Of a stretch of DNA of 33,593 bases, positions 23,075-31,561 are shown one piece after another. The position numbers and the translations under genes are program-made. Each line of letters opens with the position of its first letter. Within the stretch, counting starts at the first letter, position 1. This DNA is from Anaerolineales bacterium (lineage in GTDB: Bacteria; Chloroflexota; Anaerolineae; Anaerolineales; UBA6663): positions 1 through 33,593 of the forward strand of contig DAOTXG010000529.1 in assembly GCA_034435515.1 (NCBI GenBank). Direction: 5' to 3'. The notes under the pieces were generated by a model that saw nothing but the letters and a program-made list of their open reading frames with translations, was not told the DNA's origin and searched no databases.

Positions 23075-25504
23075 ATGCCCCCCATTGATACCTTCTCCTT
23101 CTGGCTCGGCTTCGCCGCGGCGACGTTCATCTTTCTCCTGCTCTACGGGTTCCGCCGCCCGCTCGGCCTCGCGCGCCAGATGCTGGCCGAGCAGTTCCAG
23201 CGCCTGCGCGAATCGCTGACCGCCGGGACCGAGAAACGCCTGCGCGAAGACACCCTGCGCTTCGCGCAGACCGCGCACCTGGCCGGTTCAATCTTCGCCC
23301 TCAACGAAATCCTGCTCCCGCCGCGCCTGCTGCTCCCCGAGCCGCCGCTCGACCCCACCACCCCGCCGCCCGACGAAGACGTGGGGGCTATTATTCCCAT
23401 TATCCCCGAATGGCCGGACCTGGCCGGGATTTATCGCGCGCCGACCTTGAGCATAGAGGAAGTCTTCGCCAAAGATATCCCCCTCCTGGTGCTGGGCGGG
23501 CCGGGCGCGGGCAAGTCCACGCTGCTCGCCCACCTGGCCACGCAAGCGGCGCACCTGGTCGGCGACGAAAAACTGTTCCCCGGCGGGGTCACGCCCATCT
23601 TCGTCCATGCTGGCGACCTCGACCTGCCGCGCAAGCCAAAAGACGACGTCGCCCAGCCGCTCATCGCCGCCGCCCTCGCGCGTGTCTCGGCGGTCACCGC
23701 GGCCCAGCTGCCCCAGCACCTGCGCCTGCGGCTCAAAAGTTACAAGTGCGCCATTTTCATTGACGGCTTCGACGAACTATCGCCGCCGCAGATGGCGCAG
23801 GCCGCGCAGTGGCTCCAAGAATTCCTGAAGGAATATAAGCAGCACCGCCTCGTCGCCGCCGCCGGGGTCTGGGGTTACGGCCCGCTGATCGGCTGTGGCC
23901 TGGCCCCGGTCATGCTCGCGCCCTGGAACGCCGACGATTATCGGGAGTTGATCAAAAAGTGGACGGCGGCGTGGGAGCAGGTGAGCCGCGCGCGCCGGAA
24001 GAAAGCCGCGCCGGGCGAGGTAGAGATGGCCGTCATGCGCGGCTGGCTCGGCAACAACAATCACGGGCGCACCATCTTCGAAATCACGCTCAAAGTCTGG
24101 GCGGCGCTGGCCGGCGACGCGCGCGGCAATCGCCCGGTGGATTGGCTGGAGGCTTACCTCCTGCGGCACAACCTCAAACCGACCGGCCCCAACGCGCTCG
24201 CGCAGATAGCCACGGCCCTGCTCAGCCAGCAGGAATATCTCGGCCTCCCGCGCAAAGAAGCCGCCGCGATCTGCGACGCCGCGCTCAAAGGGCCGGACGG
24301 CAAAGCCGAGATGGACAGCGACGACTTCCTCGACCTGCTCCTCTCGCGGCGACTGTTGACGAAGCACGCCAAAGACCGCTTGAGTTTCACGCACTCCCTG
24401 ATGGCGGCCTATGGCACCGCGAAGCGCCTCACCGCCGAGCCAGAGACGATCCTCGGGACCTCGCCCGCCTGGGCGCGCGCCCTCTATTTCTTCGCCTCGC
24501 TCGGCGACCTGATGCCGGCGGTGGGCCGCCACCTCTCGCAAGCCGCTGACGTGATGCAGACCGAGCTGCTGACCTGCGCCTTGTGGCTGCGCGACGCTCC
24601 GGCCAGCGCGAAGTGGCGCGCGGAAATCTTCAAGCGCCTGGCGCGGCTGATGCTCGACCCTCACCAGCCGGAGAGCCTGCGCCTGCGCGCGCTGGCGGGT
24701 CTCACGGCCTCGAACGATCCGGCCGTCGCGGCGCTCTTTAAGCAGGCGCTCGCCAGCCCCGACCCCTTCGGTCGCCGACTGGCGGCGCTGGGCCTCGGCG
24801 CGCTCGGCGATGGGGCCCCCGTCCCGCAGTTGACCGCGCTCTATGGCGATCCGTATCTCGACGTGCGCTGGGCGGCCGCGCTCGCGCTCGCGCACATTGG
24901 CACGGAGCAGGCGATTGACGGACTGGCTCAGGGCTTAGTGCAAGGCGACGACGCGCTCAAGCAAGCCTGCGCGCAGGCGCTGGCGCGCAACGCCGAGTTC
25001 GGCCCCGACCTGCTCAAGGAGGCCATCGCCCACGAGAACCTCACCGTGCGCCGCGCCGCGCTTTTCGGACTGGCCGACCTCAAAGCCGAGTGGGCGATCA
25101 AAATCATTGACGAGATGCAAACCAAGGAGCAGGAGTGGATCGTACGCAACGCGGCGGTGGCGGTCATCGAGCGATTGAAAGGCGCCGGGGCGATACCGCT
25201 TCAGCCTTACACCCCGCCTGAGGCTCAGGGCTGGCTGGTGGCGTGGGCGGCGAGCCGGGGCGCGGGCGTGCCGCCGGGGAAAGGCGCCATTGACATCCTC
25301 AACCGCGCTTTCAAGGAGGGTGAAGAGCGCGTCCGCCTGGCGGCGGCCCAAGCGCTGGGCCGCCTGGGCGACCCGGCGGCGGCGCGCGAGCTCTACGCCG
25401 CCCTGCGCGACCCCGCCCCGCTCATCCGCGACGCCGCCTTCCGCGCCCTCGCGCACATTGCCGCCCTCACCGGGCAGAAGATGGCCGCCCCGGTGGGGCA
25501 ATAA
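23075..25504 (+). CDS. membrane-anchored NACHT-like STAND P-loop NTPase with C-terminal HEAT (PBS-lyase type) repeats
   Basis: N-terminal TM helix FSFWLGFAAATFIFLLLYGF. Walker A LVLGGPGAGKSTLLAHLA and Walker B CAIFIDGFDEL. C-terminal repeats of the form R..AA.ALG.LGD..A...L...L.D....VR..AA.AL. The start lies 2 nt after the upstream stop. Confidence 0.82.
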   Translation: MPPIDTFSFWLGFAAATFIFLLLYGFRRPLGLARQMLAEQFQRLRESLTAGTEKRLREDTLRFAQTAHLAGSIFALNEILLPPRLLLPEPPLDPTTPPPDEDVGAIIPIIPEWPDLAGIYRAPTLSIEEVFAKDIPLLVLGGPGAGKSTLLAHLATQAAHLVGDEKLFPGGVTPIFVHAGDLDLPRKPKDDVAQPLIAAALARVSAVTAAQLPQHLRLRLKSYKCAIFIDGFDELSPPQMAQAAQWLQEFLKEYKQHRLVAAAGVWGYGPLIGCGLAPVMLAPWNADDYRELIKKWTAAWEQVSRARRKKAAPGEVEMAVMRGWLGNNNHGRTIFEITLKVWAALAGDARGNRPVDWLEAYLLRHNLKPTGPNALAQIATALLSQQEYLGLPRKEAAAICDAALKGPDGKAEMDSDDFLDLLLSRRLLTKHAKDRLSFTHSLMAAYGTAKRLTAEPETILGTSPAWARALYFFASLGDLMPAVGRHLSQAADVMQTELLTCALWLRDAPASAKWRAEIFKRLARLMLDPHQPESLRLRALAGLTASNDPAVAALFKQALASPDPFGRRLAALGLGALGDGAPVPQLTALYGDPYLDVRWAAALALAHIGTEQAIDGLAQGLVQGDDALKQACAQALARNAEFGPDLLKEAIAHENLTVRRAALFGLADLKAEWAIKIIDEMQTKEQEWIVRNAAVAVIERLKGAGAIPLQPYTPPEAQGWLVAWAASRGAGVPPGKGAIDILNRAFKEGEERVRLAAAQALGRLGDPAAARELYAALRDPAPLIRDAAFRALAHIAALTGQKMAAPVGQ

Positions 25505-25671
25505 TCGCGCGTGGGGCTTGCCGCCGGATGTCCTTCCTGATCACCAGCCCGGGTCCGAAGCGGGCCGATGAACTGGGGATGATTCTCCCTCTCGTCTGCG
25601 AAAACCCGTTCCGGGCCTTTGCGCGTTAGCGCCGGGGGCGCCCCTGCCCAAGCGGCTCAAACCCGGGTTCA

Positions 25672-26925
25672 TCATTCTATATCAAATGAGAGCGTGCGCC
25701 AGGGCTTGGGGTTTTTCGCCCACGTCAGCAGCTCCGGCTCTTTGACCTCCGGCGGCTCGGAGAGCAATGGCAGCATGATGTGGACGGTCGTACCGGGGCA
25801 GGCGACCTCGTCGTAGCCGGGCGACTCAACCCACAACGTCCCGCCGTGAGCGACGACGATCCCGCGCGCGATGGGCAGGCCCAGCCCCGGTCCCCCGCCC
25901 TTGAACTTGGTCTTGCCGCTGGAATGGAGCGAGACATCGCCGAGCGAGGCAAATTTCTCGAAGATGCGCTGCTGGTTCTCCGGCGCGATGCCGATGCCCG
26001 TATCGGCGACGGCGATTTCGACAAAACCGGGCAGGCGGCGAGAGTGGACGGTGATCGAGCCGCCGTCCGGGGTGAACTTGATCGCGTTCTCCAGGATGTG
26101 GATGAGCACCTGCCGCAGGCGGTTGACGTCCACACAAGTCGTCAGCCCTGGTTCCGCCGCCTCCACGTTGAGCGACAATCGCCGCTGGCGCATCGTCGCC
26201 TCGACCTCGGCCCGCAAATGCTCCATCAGTTCGCTCAAGTTCACGGGCGAGTAGTGCAGGGCCAGCAGGTTGTTGTCGATCAGCGAGACGTCAATCATAT
26301 CGTCGATGATCTGCCTGAGCCGCCGTGTGCCGTTGCCCAGGCCGCCCAGTAAGACCTGCACGCGCTGACGCAGCGCGTGGTCGCCGGGCAACTCGGCCGC
26401 CAGCAGCTGCGTGTAGCCCTCGATGAGCGTCAACGGCGTCTTCAGTTCGTGCGCCGCCAACGCGATGAAATCCGATTTGGATTTGTCGAGCCGCTCGAGC
26501 TCGACGCGCGCCAACCCGAGTTCTGTCTCGATTTCCCGGATGCGCGCTTCGGTTTCGAGGCGAACCAGCCCGAGCGACGCCTCGGCCCAGAAGCGTTCCA
26601 ACACGTTGATTCCGCGCAGCGCCTCCGCCGGCGGCAGGTGGTCGCTCAAGATTTCCCACGCACAGCGGCGCAGCGTGTGCAGGAGCGGAAGAAAAGTCTG
26701 CTGTTCGTTATTCGCGGACGCCGGGCGCGCGGCGACCCAGGCCTCGATCAGCGAGTTGAGCCACTCCGGCGACCCGCTCTCGACGGCGTCGGTCAGCCGC
26801 TCGTAGAACCGGCCGAGTTCGGCTTCGAGCGACTCGCGCAGCAATTCGCCGTGCGCCAGTTGTTCGACCGCCCGGCTGACCAGTTTCGGATGCAGATTTC
26901 GCAGCTGTGCAATCAGATCGGACAT
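25672..26925 (-). CDS. cytoplasmic sensor histidine kinase
   Basis: H-box AAHELKTPLTLIEGYTQLL, N box NAIKFTP, G boxes DTGIGI and GGPGLGLPIA. No obvious TM segment. Confidence 0.9.
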   Translation of the reverse strand: MSDLIAQLRNLHPKLVSRAVEQLAHGELLRESLEAELGRFYERLTDAVESGSPEWLNSLIEAWVAARPASANNEQQTFLPLLHTLRRCAWEILSDHLPPAEALRGINVLERFWAEASLGLVRLETEARIREIETELGLARVELERLDKSKSDFIALAAHELKTPLTLIEGYTQLLAAELPGDHALRQRVQVLLGGLGNGTRRLRQIIDDMIDVSLIDNNLLALHYSPVNLSELMEHLRAEVEATMRQRRLSLNVEAAEPGLTTCVDVNRLRQVLIHILENAIKFTPDGGSITVHSRRLPGFVEIAVADTGIGIAPENQQRIFEKFASLGDVSLHSSGKTKFKGGGPGLGLPIARGIVVAHGGTLWVESPGYDEVACPGTTVHIMLPLLSEPPEVKEPELLTWAKNPKPWRTLSFDIE

Positions 26926-26928
26926 GGC

Positions 26929-27858
26929 TCAACGATCCCCAGTCTCAAGGAAAGCCTTCACCGTTCGGCCAATGCGCTCCAGGCTTTCCGGACTGACCTT
27001 GTCGGCCGTGTCCGCCGTGGTATGCCAGTAAGGGTAGTCAAAGTCAATGATATCTATCGCCGGGATTCCACGCTGGGCAAAAGGGATATGATCGTCAAGC
27101 ATAGCCCAACGTGGCTGGGGAGAAAAATAGGCCGCATATCCTAAGCGGGCAGCCGTCGCCCACACCTGCGCCGAGAGCTCGCTGTTGGAGTTGCGATCAA
27201 AGTAAAATTGCTGATCCGCGTCCCCGACCATGTCCAGCAAGATCATCGCCTGCATCCCCTGAACCTGCTCCGCGGTGAGTCGGCTCGCCATGTAGGTCGA
27301 GCCTTGAATCCAATCCCACCCCTCCAGCCCGCCGTTATCTTCGGCGTCGAAAAACGCCAGCCAGATCTCGTTCGGCGCCTCGTCGCGGTCAAGGCTGCGC
27401 GCCAGTTCCAACAAGACGGCTGCGCCTGAGGCCCCGTCGTTCGCGCCGGGGACGGGGTCATCCGGGCGAGCCGTATCCCGGTCGGCGCGGCGGCGCGAGT
27501 CGTAGTGAGCGCCTAAAAGTATGACCGGTCCCTGTCCCACATTGGCGCGGGCAATGATATTTCGCGCCGAAGTATTTAGATAAGTGAAAGGCTGAAATTC
27601 CACCTCCCACCCGGCTTGCCGGAGTTGAGCGGCGATGTAATCGCCCGCGGCGCGGCTGGCTTCGCTGCCCGTGATGCGCGGTCCCAATTCGACCTGCGCT
27701 ACTACATGGGCATAGGCCAACTGGCCACTGAATTCCTTTTCGGGGGACATAGGAGAAAACCATAGAGCCAGGCCCACGCCACCGACGGTCAGGAGCAACC
27801 CAAACGCCAGCCATATCACGTGGACGCGGAGATTGCGAATAGACCTAAACCTCGTCAT
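26929..27858 (-). CDS. M28 family metallopeptidase (aminopeptidase / glutaminyl-cyclase-like), membrane anchored or secreted
   Basis: LLGAHYDS, GANDGASGAAVLLELAR, FFDAEDNG, LDMVGD and WHTTADT metal-ligand motifs. N-terminal hydrophobic anchor. The stop lies 3 nt before the kinase start. Confidence 0.85.
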   Translation of the reverse strand: MTRFRSIRNLRVHVIWLAFGLLLTVGGVGLALWFSPMSPEKEFSGQLAYAHVVAQVELGPRITGSEASRAAGDYIAAQLRQAGWEVEFQPFTYLNTSARNIIARANVGQGPVILLGAHYDSRRRADRDTARPDDPVPGANDGASGAAVLLELARSLDRDEAPNEIWLAFFDAEDNGGLEGWDWIQGSTYMASRLTAEQVQGMQAMILLDMVGDADQQFYFDRNSNSELSAQVWATAARLGYAAYFSPQPRWAMLDDHIPFAQRGIPAIDIIDFDYPYWHTTADTADKVSPESLERIGRTVKAFLETGDR

Positions 27859-27936
27859 TGCCCATTTTCCAGAAATTCAAATATCCATCGTTGGCTATGC
27901 GCAACAATCTGGTAAGGGACACGCTGTCCCGCAGCC

Positions 27937-27963
27937 CTTCGTGCACCTTCGTGTGTCTTCGTG
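27937..27963. promoter_or_regulatory. three direct CTTCGTG repeats at exact 10-bp spacing in the M28/rpoN divergent region
   Basis: CTTCGTG at 27937, 27947 and 27957. Preceded by the palindrome GGGACACGCTGTCCC (27916-27930). Confidence 0.45.
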
Positions 27964-27990
27964 GTTTCACAACCGGGGCCAGCCCGCCTC

Positions 27991-28006
27991 TGGCACACAT
28001 CTTGCT
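27991..28006 (+). promoter_or_regulatory. sigma-54 (-24/-12) promoter-like element upstream of rpoN
   Basis: cTGGCAC-ACATC-TTGCT matches YTGGCACGrNNNTTGCW at all core positions (GG and GC with correct spacing). Confidence 0.6.
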
Positions 28007-28015
28007 ACTGCCCAT

Positions 28016-28044
28016 TTGACCGGACTTCTCACACCGGCTATACT
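28016..28044 (+). promoter_or_regulatory. sigma-70-type promoter of rpoN
   Basis: TTGACC, 17-bp spacer, TATACT. The -10 element ends 16 nt before the rpoN ATG. Confidence 0.6.
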
Positions 28045-28060
28045 GCCAAAGGTTAGAAAT

Positions 28061-29494
28061 ATGTTTGTGCGTCAATCTCCAGAACTCCGCCAACACCTGA
28101 CCACCGCTCATCTAACCCAGACGATGCGTTTCCTGGCCCTGCCCGTGGCCGAACTGGAATCTACGTTACTTAAAGAGATCAACGACAATCCGGCCCTGGA
28201 ACTGATTGAAGAACTGCGCTGCCCCGGATGCGGCAAACGCCTCGCGCGCGGCCCATGCCCGAACTGCGCCAGCCCCCAGGGTGACAATGCGCCAATCGTC
28301 TGCCTTTCTCCCCGCACGCCGCCCGGCTATCGGGCCGCCGACGCAGACGAGGCCGAGCCCCGAGATATCATAACCCCCGAACGGCTGGATGAGTACATCC
28401 TCCGGCAGATCGGCCCGGCGTTGTCACCCGCCGAGCGCCCCATCGCGGCCTATCTCCTCGCTCAGTTGGACGAAGACGGCCTCCTCGTCGAGTCCCCCGC
28501 CGAGGCGGCAGCGTTCAAGCGCGCGCCGCTCGCAACCGTCGAGCACGTCTTGTCGCTCATCCAGCACGCCGACCCGCCCGGCATCGGCGCGCGCACACCG
28601 GCCGAATCGCTCCTCATCCAACTGGACTACCTGGCCGAGACTGTCTCCGGGTCCATTCTCGCTCTGGCCCGCGCCATCCTCCAGGATCATTTCGAGTGGC
28701 TGGCGAAATGCGAGTACGCCCGCATCGCCCGTCGCTTGCACATGCCGCGCAGCGCGGTGGAAGCGGCGGCGCGCTTTATCCAGCGCAACCTGACCCCCTA
28801 CCCCGCTCGCGCCTTTTGGGGCGAGCGGACAACCATTGGCGGCAACGGCGGCCCGGCCCTCATCAACCCTGACGTCTCTATCGGCTTGCTTAGCCAGACG
28901 CCGGACAGCCCTTTGTTGGTCGAGGTCTTTACGCCGCTCTCCGGCTGGCTGCGCGTCAACCCCGACTTCAAGGCGGCCCTGGCCGACTGTCCGGAGGCCG
29001 ACCGCGAGAAATGGACGCCGGTCGTCGAGCGCGCCACGCTGATTACCAAGTGCGTGCAACAGCGCAATCATACCATGCGCCGCCTGATGGGGCTGCTCGC
29101 CGGCGAACAACGCGGCTTCATCCTCGGCGGCGACGGCGACCTGCGGCCCCTGACCCGCGCCCGGCTGGCCAAGGTCCTGGGCGTCCACGAATCTACCATC
29201 TCCCGCGCCGTCGCCGGGAAGTTCGTCGCCCTCCCCAACGGGCGCATCGTCTCGCTCGCCAAGTTCTTTGATCGCAGCCTGTCCGTCCGCGACCGGGTGC
29301 GCGCCCTGGTGGAGTCCGAATCCCGTCCGCTGACGGACGACGAAATCGCCGAGGCCCTCGAACGGGAGGGCGTGCGCGTCGCCCGGCGGACGGTCGCCAA
29401 GTACCGGAATATGCTGGGCATCCTGCCGGCGCACGTGCGCGCCCGGGTGGGACGGCTGCGACCTGGCCCGGATTATCCTCTGCCTAGCTCATGA
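28061..29494 (+). CDS. rpoN: RNA polymerase sigma-54 factor with Cys4 insertion in region II
   Basis: Region I LxxxLxxxQxxxM..L pattern ending NPALE. HTH LAKVLGVHESTISRAV. RpoN box ARRTVAKYRNMLGI. I chose the start at MFVRQSPEL (ATG 28061), downstream of the promoters. Confidence 0.94.
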   Translation: MFVRQSPELRQHLTTAHLTQTMRFLALPVAELESTLLKEINDNPALELIEELRCPGCGKRLARGPCPNCASPQGDNAPIVCLSPRTPPGYRAADADEAEPRDIITPERLDEYILRQIGPALSPAERPIAAYLLAQLDEDGLLVESPAEAAAFKRAPLATVEHVLSLIQHADPPGIGARTPAESLLIQLDYLAETVSGSILALARAILQDHFEWLAKCEYARIARRLHMPRSAVEAAARFIQRNLTPYPARAFWGERTTIGGNGGPALINPDVSIGLLSQTPDSPLLVEVFTPLSGWLRVNPDFKAALADCPEADREKWTPVVERATLITKCVQQRNHTMRRLMGLLAGEQRGFILGGDGDLRPLTRARLAKVLGVHESTISRAVAGKFVALPNGRIVSLAKFFDRSLSVRDRVRALVESESRPLTDDEIAEALEREGVRVARRTVAKYRNMLGILPAHVRARVGRLRPGPDYPLPSS

Positions 29495-31512
29495 CCCACA
29501 CCCGTCTCAGCGGAACCGCTCGCGCGCCTCTCACGCGCGTCATCACCCGCTTTCCTGACCGGGATAGCGACCCGCGCTTTCAATACCTCTTTGAACAATT
29601 GCCGGCTGCCTTCGTCGTCCTTCAGGAGACAGGCGTGATTGTGGCCGCCAACGTCAAAGCGGCGGTGCTGACCGGGTGGGCGCGCAGCGACTTGATCTCC
29701 CGCCCTCTGGCCGAGTTTCTAATGACGCGGCATGGGGATGCCGCTGCCACGCCCGAGGAGGTGCTGGGCGATTTGAGCCTCATTCATCCCGGCAGCCAGC
29801 AGCAGGTGCTGGGGTTGTGGCTCCGCGCCCGGTCAGGGCAGCCGGTGCTTGTAGATATGCGATTGAGCGCATTTGTCGAGGGCGATGTCCTTATGGTGCT
29901 GGCGCTCGCCACGCCCGCCGAAGAACGCCTGGCCCAGGAGCGCGTCGCTTTTCAGCAGGCGCGGGCGATCGCCGCGCTCGAACGCCTGCTCCTGCTGCTC
30001 GATGCGCCGCGCGAAGAGGCGCTGGGTGAAGCCATACAATTGGCGCGCGAGATGCTTGGGGCCGATGCCATCGGCCTGTATCAGACGACCGCCAATACTG
30101 CGCCGCGCTTGTCGTTACGCCATGCCGACGGCGTCCCGGCGTTATTTCCCCGGACGATCGAGCCTGACGAGGCCGGGTTCCTCATGCGGCCGTTTACCTG
30201 GACCAGCGATCAGCGGAGTGAGGCCTTTCTGCGCCGCGGGCTCCGGGCGGCTGGCTGGCAGTACTTTCTGGCTCACCCCATCGGCGAGGGGCAGGCATTT
30301 CTGGGGACGCTCTTCATCGCCTATGCTCCAGGCAACCCGCCTATCGCCCAGGCGCCCGGCCTGCTGGCCCTGGCGGCGCAGCACATCCATTATCTCATCG
30401 TCCGGATCACGCTGGCTGCCCATACCAGCAGCGCCCAGGAACTGACCCTCCAACTTTCCAGTCGTCTCGCCGCGATCAACACCCAGATTGAGGAAGGGGT
30501 CGTGATTGTCAGTGCGGAGGGGACAATTGACGAGGTCAACAACGCGGCAGCCCAATTGCTCGGCTATCGCTCGCAGGACATCACCGGCCTGCCCTTCGGC
30601 GATGTGCTGGTCTTTGACGACGTACTGGGGGAAAGCGTCAAACAGGCGCGGCGCGGCGCGCAGAGCGGCGTGTTCACCCGTGAAGGCCACCTCCATCGCC
30701 GGAGCGGCGAACCGTTCCCGGTGCGGGTGCGCCTGCGCCCCCTGCCGGATTGCGGCGCGGTGATGATCCTGAGCGACCTCTCTGGCGTGCGGACGAATGA
30801 AGTCCAACAGGAAAACCTCGACCATTTGAGTTACGTGGGCGAATCGGCTAAATCGTTTGCCCACGAAGTGCGCGCGCCGCTGAACAATATTTCCACCGGC
30901 GTCCAGTATTTGGCGACTAAACTCCCGCCCGACGACGCCATCCAGCAGCACCTGAACACGATTCAAGTCGAGTGCCAGCGGCTCGCCAGCCTGATGAATG
31001 ACCTGCTGGCCTGGGCCAAGCCGCTCAACCCACAGAAGGAGCCGTTTGAGCTGGCGGCCTTGCTCCAGCGGCTCATCACCCGCTGGAAGAGCAAGATCAC
31101 GCAGCAGAATGTCCGCTTGAATGTCAGCATCGTCGAAGATTGTCCGCCTCTGCTGGCCGATCCGCGCCTGATCGAGCGCGTGTTCGTCAACCTGATCGAG
31201 AACGCGCTGCAGGCGATGCCCACCGGCGGCCATCTTTCGGTAGACTTGAAAACGGTGGACCGCGGCTTGCAGGGCCGCTTTATCGAGACCCGCATCTTCG
31301 ATTCCGGCCCCGGCATTCCCGAAGAAAACCGCCGCCGCATTTTCGAGCCGCACTTCACGACGAAAACCGGCGGGACGGGCCTGGGACTGGCCATCTGCAA
31401 GCGCCTGGTGACCGTGCACCACGGCGCGATTGACGTCGAATCTTTCCCCGGCGGGGGCACTATCTTCATCGTCACCCTGCCGGTGTACGACCCGGAGCGA
31501 ACGCCGGCGTAG
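29491..31512 (+). CDS. PAS-GAF-PAS sensor histidine kinase (NtrB-like)
   Basis: H-box FAHEVRAPLNNI, N box NLIENALQAMP, G boxes DSGPGIPEE and GTGLGLAICKRL. The ATG overlaps the rpoN TGA (ATGA at 29491-29494). Confidence 0.9.
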   Translation: MTHTRLSGTARAPLTRVITRFPDRDSDPRFQYLFEQLPAAFVVLQETGVIVAANVKAAVLTGWARSDLISRPLAEFLMTRHGDAAATPEEVLGDLSLIHPGSQQQVLGLWLRARSGQPVLVDMRLSAFVEGDVLMVLALATPAEERLAQERVAFQQARAIAALERLLLLLDAPREEALGEAIQLAREMLGADAIGLYQTTANTAPRLSLRHADGVPALFPRTIEPDEAGFLMRPFTWTSDQRSEAFLRRGLRAAGWQYFLAHPIGEGQAFLGTLFIAYAPGNPPIAQAPGLLALAAQHIHYLIVRITLAAHTSSAQELTLQLSSRLAAINTQIEEGVVIVSAEGTIDEVNNAAAQLLGYRSQDITGLPFGDVLVFDDVLGESVKQARRGAQSGVFTREGHLHRRSGEPFPVRVRLRPLPDCGAVMILSDLSGVRTNEVQQENLDHLSYVGESAKSFAHEVRAPLNNISTGVQYLATKLPPDDAIQQHLNTIQVECQRLASLMNDLLAWAKPLNPQKEPFELAALLQRLITRWKSKITQQNVRLNVSIVEDCPPLLADPRLIERVFVNLIENALQAMPTGGHLSVDLKTVDRGLQGRFIETRIFDSGPGIPEENRRRIFEPHFTTKTGGTGLGLAICKRLVTVHHGAIDVESFPGGGTIFIVTLPVYDPERTPA

Positions 31513-31534
31513 AGACGTTCCGGCGGAACGTCTC
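31512..31534. repeat. GAGACG...CGTCTC hairpin between the kinase and the activator genes
   Basis: GAGACGTTCC-ggc-GGAACGTCTC is a perfect 10-bp stem. It begins at the last base of the kinase stop codon. Confidence 0.85.
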
Positions 31535-31561
31535 AAACCGGTCAATCCAGGAGGAAAACCC

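Noticed and set aside
23075-25504. Calling the NACHT-like NTPase an antiphage defence system
   Set aside because: There is no nuclease, TIR, protease, pore-forming or other recognisable effector domain. There are no neighbouring defence or mobile genes. The context is housekeeping plus regulatory genes. It is kept as a signalling hypothesis in the findings instead.
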